From Octopus bimaculoides (lineage: Eukaryota), in NCBI RefSeq assembly GCF_001194135.2, contig NC_068986.1, positions 31,820,679-31,868,140 of the forward strand: a stretch of 47,462 nt of DNA. The letters run 5' to 3'. The notes under the pieces were generated by a model. That model was not told the origin of the DNA. It made no database searches and was given only the letters and a program-made list of their open reading frames with translations. Position numbers and translations under genes: made by a program. Below, piece by piece: positions 1-11,189 of this stretch; position 1 is the first letter of the stretch; the number at the start of each line of letters is the position of its first letter.

Positions 1-355
1 ATATATATATATATATATATATATATATACTGCTTTCGCAGTACACGTGAGTTTATATGTAAATAGACTTGCATTTCTAAGTAATACGTTCCAATGAGAG
101 AAAAGCCACAACACAGACGTTAGACCCGCTGGAAATAGCAGGAATGAGAGAAATACCAAATATTCTTCAAATTGAAACTTAAAACATTGAAAAGAGAGGT
201 TCACATTACACAATGTAGAAACCCAGAATTACCGCGTATCTTAATATACTGCCGCATATATAGTTCTAAATAGACGTAAATCCTCTTGAGAACGATGTGA
301 AAGGCATGGTCAGAGCGCTTAGTCAGTGCTGACCTGGACTAATAAACATTGTTAC

Positions 356-638
356 TAATATTATTTACTAAACACAATATATGTTTTTATTAAACTATAC
401 ATACATACCTACACATACATGCATACATACACAGCTATACATTATATATATGTTGGTAAATATATTTGTGTATTCGCAAGTGTATATCTGTCAAAAATAT
501 AAAAAAATAACAAGGTCAGGTATAAGTGCCAACAGCTGCTATGCATATTGTGTGTACAACTAAATGTGCAACTCACGTTAGTTTAACAGCCGCTGATGTA
601 GTTAATATTCATCGAAAAATTTAGATATGTTTGCAAAG
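356..638 (+). repeat. 283-bp direct repeat, copy 1 (copy 2 at 1549-1831)
   Basis: TAATATTATTTAC...GTTTGCAAAG appears identical in both copies by eye, and the ORF track gives identical 60-aa translations at 381 and 1574. Flanks differ on both sides. Confidence 0.95.
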
Positions 639-679
639 GACCACGCTTAGTAATATATTACTAAGCCGTTACATGGTCA

Positions 680-860
680 TTCGACATGTTAAAATTAAAA
701 CCAAACTCCCTTAGATATTATTGCAGTGTCATAGCAAAGGCGGGGACAACTTCTATGATGTAGCAACTCTAGATACATTATCAATATAAATAACAGGATA
801 TACAAGGCTAGAACGCCTTTGATCACAGGCCTGGGGCTAAACAGTAACAACGACGACCAC
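680..860 (+). mobile_element. Old dispersed repeat (working family D), degenerate copy
   Basis: Shares degenerate motifs (GAAATAGCAGCCAAA-like start, GGATAATGTAG-like middle, CCTGGGGCTAAACAACAAC-like end) with about 120-345, 5060-5180, 9250-9340, 10910-11100, 17330-17420 (minus), 18585-18650 and 24090-24280. Confidence 0.45.
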
Positions 861-1204
861 AATGACAGCAAGAAGAATAAGTTTTAGTTATATTGATTTT
901 GACTAAGTACAAAGCCAATGTTCACACAGTAGCGGTATAGTTGCGAAAGAATCGATTGTACCACATCGTATCGATTCGTTCTTTTAATCCTAAAGGGTTG
1001 AAAGATAACATGGACCCTAGTGGAGAATGTTACGGTCTATACATGTACATACACATACATACACGTATATNNNNNNNNNNATATATGAATATATACAAAA
1101 ATATATACATACACACAATATATAAATGTATGTCTGCATGTGGTGTACGTATGCATGTGTATCAATCTATCTACTTATCTATCTGCATATATACATATAC
1201 ATAC

Positions 1205-1237
<33 letters not shown>

Positions 1238-1548
1238 GATATATACACACACACACATATGTATATATCAAATACATCTAGAAGAATAATGAGTGCCATT
1301 TAAAACTCATAGCTTACATACATAGAGACATACACTTATACACGCATAGATTCATACATACATACATACATACATACATACGTTCATATATATACATACA
1401 TACATACATACATATATATANNNNNNNNNNNNNNNNNNNNNNNNNNNNNNNNNNNNNNNNNNNNNNNNNNNNNNNNNNNNNNNNNNNNNNNNNNNNNNNN
1501 NNNNNNTGATGGTAAGATGAAGTAAAAATTACTCCATCTGGTGAGAGA

Positions 1549-1831
1549 TAATATTATTTACTAAACACAATATATGTTTTTATTAAACTATACATACATA
1601 CCTACACATACATGCATACATACACAGCTATACATTATATATATGTTGGTAAATATATTTGTGTATTCGCAAGTGTATATCTGTCAAAAATATAAAAAAA
1701 TAACAAGGTCAGGTATAAGTGCCAACAGCTGCTATGCATATTGTGTGTACAACTAAATGTGCAACTCACGTTAGTTTAACAGCCGCTGATGTAGTTAATA
1801 TTCATCGAAAAATTTAGATATGTTTGCAAAG
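1549..1831 (+). repeat. 283-bp direct repeat, copy 2
   Basis: Matches 356-638. Begins 43 bp after the 1421-1506 gap. Confidence 0.95.
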
Positions 1832-2158
1832 TAACATGCGTAACTATTCCATATTTACTCCTTTGTTGTGTATTCCCTGTTTCTTCTAATACCATTGCTC
1901 CGACTATCTCTCCAGTCATTGTGTACTCTTACAGATTGAATGTCTCGCATAATTGAAAGAAGTTTGTAATGCTAAATTCATGTAACGTCTTTCATTATTA
2001 TACATACATACAAACATACAAACATACGTACGTACTTATGTATATTACATACACACATACATACATACCTTTACACATGTGTCATTATACTGACCAGATT
2101 ATTGAATGCTGTTATACGCCACTGGTTGCAATACCATTGTTGTAGCCACCTCGCTGGC

Positions 2159-2190
<32 letters not shown>

Positions 2191-3381
2191 AAAACATATA
2201 AATACATTTATATATACATACACACACACATATTAAACAACGGGGCTAGACACTGCTTTTTCTTTCGTGGAAGAAGGAGAGTGAAAGAAAGAGGGAGGAA
2301 GAGGGCAGGGAAAAAGAGAGAAGAATGAGAGAGAGATGAGGTGAGAGAGAGAGAGAGAGAAAAAGAGAGAATAATATATATTTAGTGTGTGTAGGTACAT
2401 TTAGTGTATGTGGTATCACGACAGGAATTTGGGCGGAATAATTTCCACTATATTCCGTAAAAGTAATGGAGACAGAATCCTCATGTGTACACACACATAA
2501 AATATGAATAAATGAATAAATGAATATTTAAAAAAATTCTATAGCCATCTTTCATGATATGTTGAATTCATTAAATACGAATTAAAAATTTTGCCTAGTT
2601 GACAGTTAGAAATTCCTCTGTAAATAACAATGGAAATGCCTGCAAGAAATAACCAATTCCGAAGTTCTGAACATAATTAGCATGCAAAGTTCATAATAGT
2701 ATGTCGCCTCTACGAGAGACAGAGATCGTAGCTTCTGATACAATAGATCAATCGATCTTAAAAGTGTTAATACTATCATCATTTAAATTCCAGATATAAT
2801 TAGAGAGTAATGTGGCATAACATCTTATTGAGAAACCGAATGTATACTATCCTCTAAGAATATTCTTCTAACGGGATATTCAATGAGCTCTGTGCAGCAT
2901 TGTATTTACACAGTTATCTGTAAGTGGGGTTTTAGCTCGATAACGTAAGGTTTCAGAAATGCATATACTGTTGTTAGAGAAGATGTTAGCGCTGTTGGAA
3001 CTACACAAGGAAGAAGTCTTGTATGTTGTTAATGAATGATTCTTTCAGTTTATATTTCCAAAGTAAACCACAAACTTTTTGGTGCAACAGCAGCTAATCT
3101 TCACGCTACTTTTACTAAAAATCTTAAGTGTATATTCTATGACAAAATGTGTATTCTTAATGTTTAGTATAACACTGACACTTTTAATGCAAGCATAACG
3201 TATAAAGAGTATTGTTCCATATGATATTTAGTATCTTATTTTTGTGTTTATGTATATTGGAGTTGCTATGTATGCAATATGTTTCATATTAGAATCTAAC
3301 GTTTTATATTGCGCTTGTTTAATAAAAAATAGTATGGTTTTTCTATGTATATATATGTATCTGTATACATATGTACGTACG

Positions 3382-3382
<1 letters not shown>

Positions 3383-3439
<57 letters not shown>

Positions 3440-3451
3440 ACTATCTATCTA
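3383..3451. repeat. (TCTA)n microsatellite
   Basis: Direct reading of the sequence. Confidence 0.97.
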
Positions 3452-3580
3452 TTTTTTTCCCGATCCCTTTTGATGAGAATTTTACTTTTATTTTTTTTTT
3501 CCCCTTTTCTTTTTCATTTTCGAAAAGAAAAGCTTTACATTTGTATTTGTCCCCGCATCAGGTATTTAGACCCTGACTTA
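3452..3580 (+). mobile_element. Fragment of pyrimidine-rich retroposon 3' end (same family as 31405-31690)
   Basis: CGATCCCTTTTGAT and AAAAGAAAAGCT(T/C)TACATT(T)GTATTTGTCCC are shared with 31573-31655. Both copies follow (CTAT)n. Confidence 0.7.
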
Positions 3581-4081
3581 TACTCCCAAAGACACAAAAA
3601 CTCCTGTCTATAAATGTAGAAGCAATGATGTTATCAGGTGATTATTATGAAAACTGTTTTAAAGCGCCGGTGATTATCTCTAATCTCGCGATGTGGATTA
3701 AATCCCCTGCTCTTTTTAACACACCGGTCTGTTACAGTTTAGACTCTTGGGCGATTTCTTGTTTATTAGCAACGATTAAGTATAATTAATTGGTTCACAT
3801 GAAATAGTTAATGAAGTAACAGAGGAGATTCGAAGCTGGGACAGAAATTAAGTAAAATTACTAGAAACAAGAACTAAAACAAGCGGTAGTTGTGTAAGAA
3901 ATTATAGAGGGTGACGGGTTGGCTGAAGCACTTGGGCGTCGAACAAAATGCCTTGCGATATTTTTCCTGGTTCTTTACGGGCAACTTTGCTTTTCATACT
4001 TTCTGTATAGATAAACTAAAGTCTCGATATAATTGCCTAAGCTCTCCACTTCCAAAACTCACTATCTTTTGAAACATATAT

Positions 4082-4495
4082 TCTTTTCTACTCTAGGCAG
4101 AAGGCTCGAAATTTTGGGGGAGGGGACAATCGATCAGACTGGTACTTATTCTATCGACCCCGAAAGGATGAAAGGTAAAGTCGACCTCGGTGGAACTTGA
4201 ACTCAGAACGTAAAGACAGGCGAAATACCGCTAAGCATTTCGCCAGACGTGCTAACGTTTCTTATTTCTTTACTGCCCACAAAGGGCTACACATAGAGGG
4301 GACAAACAAGGACAGACAAACGGGTTAAATCGATTGTATCTACCCCAGTGCGTAACTGGTACTTATTTAATCGACCCCGAAAGGATGAAAGGCAAAGTCG
4401 ACCTCGGTGGAATTTGAACACAGAACGTAGCGGTAGACAAAATACCGATAAGAATTTCGCCCGGCGTGCTAACGTTTCTGCCAGCTCGCCACCTT
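4082..4495 (-). mobile_element. Tandem SINE dimer: family B1 (4495-4263) fused to 5'-clipped B2 (4262-4082), enclosed by a 15-bp TSD
   Basis: Two B heads (GTTAGCACG...GAGTTCAAAT B-box-like) with different tails. TTTTGAAACATATAT occurs at both 4067-4081 and 4496-4510. Confidence 0.92.
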
Positions 4496-4552
4496 TTTTG
4501 AAACATATATATATATATTAATGAGCATTATAATATATAATTTCTGCTTACG

Positions 4553-4762
4553 ACAGCGAGCTGGTGGAAACGTTAGCACGACGGACAGCATGCTAAGCTG
4601 CATTTCGTCTGTCTTCACATTCTGAGTTCAAATCCCGCGAGGTCGACTTTGCGTTTCACCTTTTCGAGGTCGATAAAATGAATGCCAGTCAAGCATTGAG
4701 TCGAAGTAACCGATTTACTCGTACCCCGAAATTGCTGTCCGTGTGCCAAAATTTTAAACCAA
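4553..4762 (+). mobile_element. SINE family B (B2-type tail), diverged
   Basis: GCGAGCTGG..GAAACGTTAGCACG..TTCTGAGTTCAAATCCC..GAGGTCGACTTTG, ending in GTGCCAAAATTTTAAACC. Confidence 0.85.
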
Positions 4763-4806
4763 TATATAATTTATGCTTTGGGGTAAAAAAAAAAAGAAAA
4801 GAAAAT

Positions 4807-5030
4807 GGCCGTTGTATTGACTCAATCGTTAGAGTGTTGCACAAAATGACTTGCAGCGTTTGTTCGGGATCCTTGCATTCTGAGTTCAAATCCTACTAAA
4901 AAAATCATCGTTGCTTTCCACCCCTCTGAGGTCAGTAAATTTAAGTACTATTCAAGTACGGAAGTTGACGTAATCAGCTACCCCTTCCTCCACCAAATTG
5001 TTGCTGTCGTACCTAAGTTAAAAACAATTA
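4807..5030 (+). mobile_element. SINE family B, old copy
   Basis: CATTCTGAGTTCAAATCC core plus degenerate head and tail. Confidence 0.65.
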
Positions 5031-5248
5031 TTATTTTTACCAACGCACATACCATATGCATCAGTTCAAACCAACAATGAGCTTATTAGAAATAGCAACT
5101 AGATTTTCTGTTAGTACTGTGTAGCGTTTAAAGAAAATAGAAGTACACATTGGATAATGTAATTCAGAATAAATTGTCACAATATACGTGATGGTTATAT
5201 TTGGACCGTCCTGTGTATAAGTTTTTTCACTTAAGACATTTTTTAAGA

Positions 5249-5572
5249 GGCACTGCGTCGGTTATGATCACGAGTGTTCAAGTTGATCCGATCAATGAAA
5301 TAGCCTGCTCTCGAAATTAACGTGAAAGTGGCTGAGTACTCCACATACAGGCCTACCCTTAACGTAGTTCTCAGGTAAATTCAGTGTGACACACAATATG
5401 ACAAGGCTGACCCCTATGAATTACAACTACAACTCATTTTGTTTTTCAACTGAGTGGACAGGAACAACTTGAAATAAAGTGTCTTTCTGAAGGACACAAC
5501 ACGCTGACGGGAGTCGAAGTCACTACCTTACAATCGTGAGCTGAACACTCTAACCACTAAGCCACCGCACCT
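5249..5572 (-). mobile_element. tRNA-derived SINE, head H2 + tail T1
   Basis: Reverse complement starts GGTGCGGTGGCTTAGTGGTTAG (like 9987/24288) and ends with the GAGAACTACGTTAAGGGTA...GATCGGATCAACT tail of family A. Confidence 0.88.
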
Positions 5573-5681
5573 TCAAATCGCTCAAGACTAATCTGGGGGT
5601 TTGAACAACAATCTCGCTGCCGCTACCGCCACCGCATCACCAGCACCATCACCAGCACCTAGAACCCCCACCACCACAATC

Positions 5682-5712
<31 letters not shown>

Positions 5713-6059
5713 GTAGCAACAATAGCTCTTTCAATTCATCTCATTCTCTACAGTTTTCCATTTTAATACTCATATTGTAACATTAATATTAAAATGACTC
5801 ATTCTCAGTTTGCTATACAATAATTTTAGACAAATAAATAAATATAATTTATTTTTAAAAAATTGGAAAATATTTGAAAATCGAGACAAGAAGTTGTCTT
5901 AAAATGAGTCATAAAACAAATTATTTCATATTTTAACTTAAAAGTGTTTATAATGTCACAAAAATTGTCAAACTCGCTATAAAAGTCATTGTTCTTAATT
6001 TTAAATAAGTTAAAACCAATTATTAGCATTACCATACACGGCATTGCAAATAAAATGTC

Positions 6060-6074
6060 ATTATTATTATTATT

Positions 6075-6106
<32 letters not shown>

Positions 6107-6124
6107 TATTATTATTATTATTAC

Positions 6125-6193
<69 letters not shown>

Positions 6194-6214
6194 CATCATC
6201 ATCATCATCATTAT
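6060..6214. repeat. (ATT)n/(ATC)n compound microsatellite
   Basis: Direct reading. It generates the poly-N/I/L ORFs at 5826, 5989 and 6029. Confidence 0.97.
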
Positions 6215-6367
6215 TAAGGTGGCGAGCTGGTAGAGTCGTCAGCACACCGAGCGAAGTGCTTAGTGGTATTTCATCTGCCGCTACGTTCTGAGTTCAAATT
6301 CCACCGGGACGATGTAATCGACTTAACCCCCTCCTCCAAGCTACCCTTGTGGCAAAAATTTGAAATT
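6215..6367 (+). mobile_element. SINE family B2, internally deleted, between (ATT)n tracts
   Basis: TAAGGTGGCGAGCTGG head, GAGTTCAAATTCC, then a jump to GATGTAATCGACT and the GGCAAAAATTTGAAA tail. Confidence 0.88.
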
Positions 6368-6390
6368 ATTATTATTATTATTATTATTAT

Positions 6391-6531
6391 TAGCTAGCAG
6401 AATCGTTAGCACGCCGAGCGAAGTGCTTAGCGGTATTTCGTGTGCCGCTACATTCTGATTTTAAATTCCGCCGAGGTCGACTTTGCCTTTCATCTTTTCG
6501 GGGTCGATTAAAAAAGTACCAGTTACGCACT
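6391..6531 (+). mobile_element. SINE family B, 3'-truncated
   Basis: AGCTAGCAGAATCGTTAGCACGCCG...GAGGTCGACTTTGCCTTTCATC...GTACCAGTTACGCAC. Confidence 0.88.
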
Positions 6532-6759
6532 TTAGGCCCTATATTTGTTTTGTATATTTTTTATGTATTTTTATGAAGTTCAATATGACCCACCCTCTGG
6601 TTGGTTTAGGTGCACCAAAATTTATGGACCAACAGTTTCTCCAAAATACCGTGAATGCACGTGATATTTATTTCATGTACTAAGAAGAGAGACTTAAAGC
6701 TACCTCTATCGCGAGATATCTCCTACTAACTTGGAATAGAAACCGCGCGTGCGCCGTAT

Positions 6760-6943
6760 TTTTGTTTGCGTTTCTTTCCACGCCGCTGGACAACCTGTAA
6801 CTTAGCAGTTCTGTAAAAGAGACTGATAAAATAAGTATCAAACTTTGAAACAAGAACGGAGAGTGGCGATTTACTCGATTGAAATCTTTAAGGCGGTGCT
6901 CCATTATGGCCGCAACCCAATGTCTGAAACAGATAAAAGATAA
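6760..6943 (+). mobile_element. SINE 3' module (working family F)
   Basis: GTAACTTAGCAGTTC..AAAGAGACTGATAAAATAAGTA..AAGGCGGTGCTCC..ATGGCCGCA..CTGAAACA. Related minus-strand pieces lie at 13531-13620, 28508-28690 and 29080-29130. Confidence 0.7.
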
Positions 6944-7600
6944 GGGAAAGATGTTGTTCTGTGGAAAAATTTATTAAAAAGAGAAAACTTGATTTTATTC
7001 ACTGAGAACGAATTGCATTTAATGGAAGTCGTGGAAGCAAATTAATGCACGGTATTGCCCGATATGCGACACAAGACAATTCAAAGGCAACACAATTGTG
7101 TGGATATTGAAAGCATACGGATTCGTATGAATAAATATATATATATACATATGTACATACATATACAAAGATCATGTTACAAACAGACTTAAAGTCGTAG
7201 CAGATTATCCAAAAGTGTATTTGAACGTTTTCTTCTTCATCTACATCGATATACTTCAGTCTAGACATGTGACTTTATATTTAGTGGACAATATAGCGTT
7301 ATTAACATACCTTGTTGCAAGATTACAAAGGACAATGCAAAGAAGACACGATTGTGCTGATACATATGGTTTCACGTGTGCAGACATACATATATATCTA
7401 CATACATATACAAAGATGGCGTTTTTTTCACAAAGCGACTTACAAATCGTTGAAATGAAATGTGTTTCTGCCTTTTCGTCTACAGTTATGTCGACAAATC
7501 TCAGTTTAAACTTACGTTACTGGTTTCAGGCTGCGTTGTATTCGCCATTTTAGTAGACAACATAGCGTTATTCTGACCCATCCTATATGATACTTCTCAC

Positions 7601-7698
7601 CAAATGGAATTTCGCTTCAACGATCATTGCTGACATTGATAGGACACCAACACCAACAGTGCTACCGAATCTGTGTAAGTATTCCAACGATTTCACTT
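7601..7698 (-). CDS. Candidate internal coding exon B (98 nt, phase 1 to 0), xVKSLEYLHRFGSTVGVGVLSMSAMIVEAKFHL; product unidentified
   Basis: Acceptor tttcatGCTAACcttttAG with a branch-point-like CTAAC, donor TTG|GTGAGA. Only one of three frames is open. Non-repetitive sequence. Confidence 0.5.
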
Positions 7699-7829
7699 CT
7701 AAAAGGTTAGCATGAAATCTTTTTTATAGTCGCTGTTGTCGGAATTCCAATGGCGGATCGTTGTTTCTTGCTTAGAAACCGGACACTTTGTTATAGGAAG
7801 AATTCAAAGACTTATAAAAAAAAAGAAAT

Positions 7830-8300
7830 CATACACACACACACACAGACACACAAACACACACACACGTACACACACATACGTGCACACACACACACGT
7901 GTGTGTATTATTGTGTGTGTGTGTGCATGCGTGCGTATGTGTGTGGACATATAAATATATACATACACACACGTGCGTGAACAACCACACGTATATGTAT
8001 GTATGTGCGTTTGTGTGTGTATATGTGTATGTATGTATATATATATATATACATATATACATACATACACACAACTCTACTTTGTTATATATATATATAT
8101 ATATACATACATACACGCACAACTTTACTTTCTTATATATATATATATATATATATATATNNNNNNNNNNNNNNNNNNNNNNNNNNNNNNNNNNNNNNNN
8201 NNNNNNNNNNNNNNNNTATGTATGTATGTATGTATGTATGTATGTATCTATGTATATATGTATGGAAGTATATAAATTGTATGTATGTATACATAAACAC
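7830..8300. repeat. (CA)/(TG)/(TA)/(TATG) compound microsatellite with a gap at 8161-8215
   Basis: Direct reading. Confidence 0.95.
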
Positions 8301-8507
8301 AAACATGCAGGAGAGAGTGGATACAGCACCCATGGCATTGACTCGTTATATTAATGCGGTTGAAGTTCAGAGTCAATATCTTCAGGAAAGACGTGAGTAG
8401 GTATTTTTTTTTCACTCAGAAAAGATTAATTCTTGAAGAGAGGGAATTATCAAAAAATTTAAGGAGGAATTTCATGATGGGTGAGACACTCTACAAACGA
8501 CAATAAA

Positions 8508-8835
8508 GCAGAACTCCGTCGGGTATGACGACGAGTGTTCCAGTTGATCTGATTAACGGAAGAGCCTGCCTCGTGAAATCAACCTGTATGTGGCCGAGCA
8601 CTCCACAGACTCGCATACTTCTAACATAGTTCTGAGGGAGATTAAGCGTGACACAAAATGTGACAAGGCTGGCCCCTTTGAATTACTGGTACAACTCAAA
8701 TTTTCTAAGTGAGTTGATTGGAATAACGTGAAATGAAGCGTTTTGCTCAAGGACACAACACGCCGCCGTATATCGAACTCACAACCTTATGTTTGTGAGC
8801 CGAACATCCCTAACCACTGAGCCATGCGCTTTCAC
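8508..8835 (-). mobile_element. tRNA-derived SINE, head H2 + tail T1
   Basis: Reverse complement reads GCGCATGGCTCAGTGGTTAGGGATG...TTGTGTCCTTGAGCAAAACGCTT, followed by the family A tail. Confidence 0.88.
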
Positions 8836-9104
8836 TACGAGCGAAAAGAGAAGAAAAAAAATGAGTTTTCATGAGTGGAGGCGATATGAAGGTAGGTAGT
8901 TCAGAAAATCAGAGGCTGTTTTATTAATGAGAAAGGTGACAATGAAAAGAAAGATTGCACCTGTGAGCTAGTTGCTGTTCCTGTTATCATTAATGTTTGT
9001 CCGCATCTCATTAGAATCTTGCCACCCAGCTGATGGCCGTTCAAAATAAGCTTTAAGACACCAGCTTGAAACAGACGACAAACATAAACCCCCAAGCACG
9101 TGGT

Positions 9105-9184
9105 TATGCACCCACGCGTACGGATATGCACCCACGCGTGCTGATATGCACCGGTGCGCGCAGACATGCCCCAACGCGCAATCT
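9105..9184. repeat. 20-bp CpG-rich minisatellite, about 4 units
   Basis: TATGCACCCACGCGTACGGA / TATGCACCCACGCGTGCTGA / TATGCACCGGTGCGCGCAGA / CATGCCCCAACGCGCAATCT. Confidence 0.9.
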
Positions 9185-9457
9185 GATCACTGTGTAGGTG
9201 TGCATGTCTGTGTGATGACCCTGCTAGGGAGCGTCTTAATGGCTTCTTAACCTACAAGAAATAACAGCCACATTTCCCTTAAACCTTACACTGCCACCTT
9301 AAAAGAGAGAGAACACATTACCCTAAATATTGTAGTCTTGAATGTACGCATATACGCACATACATACACATTCAATCACAAACATATTAGTGCAAAGACA
9401 AATATGCGTACATATACAGCTTGTAAATATATGTTATGTATATATGTGTATGCGTGC

Positions 9458-9776
9458 GTGGTTAGGGAAGCGGACTCGCGGTCATAGGATCGCGGTTTCG
9501 ATTCCCAGACCGGGCGTTGTGAGTGTTTATTGAGCGAAAACACCTAAAGCTCCACGAGGCTCCGGCAGGGGATGGTGGCGAACCCTGCTGTACTCTTTCA
9601 CCACAACTTTCTCTCACTCTTACTTCCTATTTCTGTTGTGCCTGTAATTCAAAGAGTCAGCCTTGTTACTCTCTGTGTCACGCTGAATATCCCCGAGAAC
9701 TACGTTAAGGGTACACGTGTCTGTGGAGTGCTCAGCCACTTGCACGTTAATTTCACGAGCAGGCTGTTCCGTTGAT
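9458..9776 (+). mobile_element. SINE family A (head H1 + tail T1), clipped at the 5' end and running into a gap
   Basis: Near-identical to 13967, 21635 and 29733. B-box-like GGTTTCGATTCC. Confidence 0.95.
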
Positions 9777-9986
9777 NNNNNNNNNNNNNNNNNNNNNNNN
9801 NNNNNNNNNNNNNNNNNNNNNNNNNNNNNNNNNNNNNNNNNNNNNNNNNNNNNNNNNNNNNNNNNNNNNNNNNNNNNNNNNNNNNNNNNNNNNNNNNNNN
9901 NNNNNNNNNNNNNNNNNNNNNNNNNNNNNNNNNNNNNNNNNNNNNNNNNNNNNNNNNNNNNNTTTTTATTATTTATTTACGAATAA

Positions 9987-10238
9987 GTGGAGGCGCGTGA
10001 CTTAGTGGTTAGGGTGTCAGCACCGTGACCGTAAGATTGTGATTTCGATTCCTGGACCGGGCGACGCGTTGTGTTCTTGAGCAAAACACTTCATTTCACG
10101 TTGCTCCAGTCCACTCAGCTGGCAAAAATGAGTAACGCTGCGATGGACTGGCGTCCCGTCCAGCTGGGGAACACATACGCCATTGAAACCGGGAAACCGG
10201 GCCCATGAGCCTGGCTAGGCTTTAAAAGGGCGCATTTA
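9987..10238 (+). mobile_element. SINE family C (head H2 + tail T2) with a TSD of about 24 bp
   Basis: A-box-like TGACTTAGTGG and B-box-like ATTTCGATTCC. TTTTTATTATTTATTTACGAATAA occurs on both sides (about 9963-9986 and 10239-10262). Confidence 0.93.
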
Positions 10239-10282
10239 TTTTTATTATTTATTTACGAATAAAAGAAAGTAGAAAAGCAAAT

Positions 10283-10419
10283 TACTTAATTTATCGACCC
10301 CGAAAGGATCAAAGGCAAAGTCGACCTCGGCCGAATTTGAACTCAGAACGTAACGGCAGACGAAAAACCGCAAAGCATTTCGCCCGGTGTGCTAACGTTT
10401 CTGCCAGCTCGCTGCCTTA
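10283..10419 (-). mobile_element. SINE family B head and body
   Basis: Reverse complement AAGGCAGCGAGCTGGCAGAAACGTTAGCAC...GGGGTCGATAAATTAA. Confidence 0.92.
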
Positions 10420-11189
10420 ATATGCTTCATAACGCGTAATACAATCACTGTAATTAATAATAAAATTTGCTGTTAGTTTACAGAAATGAAATATCATGGT
10501 AATTACAAGATTAATTACTTCTCATTTATAATAACAATATCTATAAAGAAAGGTATTTAATTTATAACGTAATTATAAGCGAAAATATTGTAACGAAAGA
10601 ATAGGAAATAATTAGAAGAGAGCTTAATAAAAGCAAAAATAAAAATCGTGTCTAAAGCGTATGAGGATCGACGAAAATCTATAGCAAAATGAGATATCTT
10701 TACTGTATTTTTTAATACATTCTCTTGCTGAAGACTGGACATTTGGATTCACATTCCACGTTACATTTCTGACAATGTAGTCATCTTTAATTTCCTTATC
10801 CCGCCATCTTCATCTAATGTTAAGTCATGCGGTGAGCGAAAAACAGAAAACTGTCAACTTTTCCAAACTATTATTAGGTGTTGTTAAACGAGCCAATAAT
10901 GGAACGTCTACACAGACGTTCAACCTGCTAGAGACAACAGCCAAATTCCTCTTAAATCTCATCCAACATCTTAAAAAGAGACATTTATCGGATAATACAG
11001 TGAACTCTTTCTTTTTTCGAACAAAAAGATAGAATGGTTAATGGGGGCATACCTGGATTTAGCTACAACAGCAACAATAGCAAAAAACAACAGCAGAAGC
11101 AACAACAACAACAACGACCAACTAGTTGTTGAGAGAACATAGATATAAAGTTCAATGCTGTGACGATAAAATATAACAGCGCTAAAGAG

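Noticed and set aside
1933-1971. 39-nt phase 0-0 minus-strand exon candidate (HYKLLSIMRDIQS)
   Set aside because: The donor is good but the acceptor is weak, and there is no independent support.
2830-2925. Minus-strand MLHRAH reminiscent of Penelope RT
   Set aside because: Too short and immediately broken by stops.
5826-6291. Low-complexity ORFs (poly-N/D/L/I), and similar ones at 7736-8400, 17749-18182, 22882-23999, 27454-28231, 31842-32642 and 43032-43688
   Set aside because: They are translations of microsatellites, which lack stop codons in some frames.
7567-7830. Alternative plus-strand two-exon reading (donor GTAAGT near 7675, acceptor near 7729)
   Set aside because: The intron would be only 55 nt and the second exon runs into a microsatellite without a donor. 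The minus-strand model fits better.
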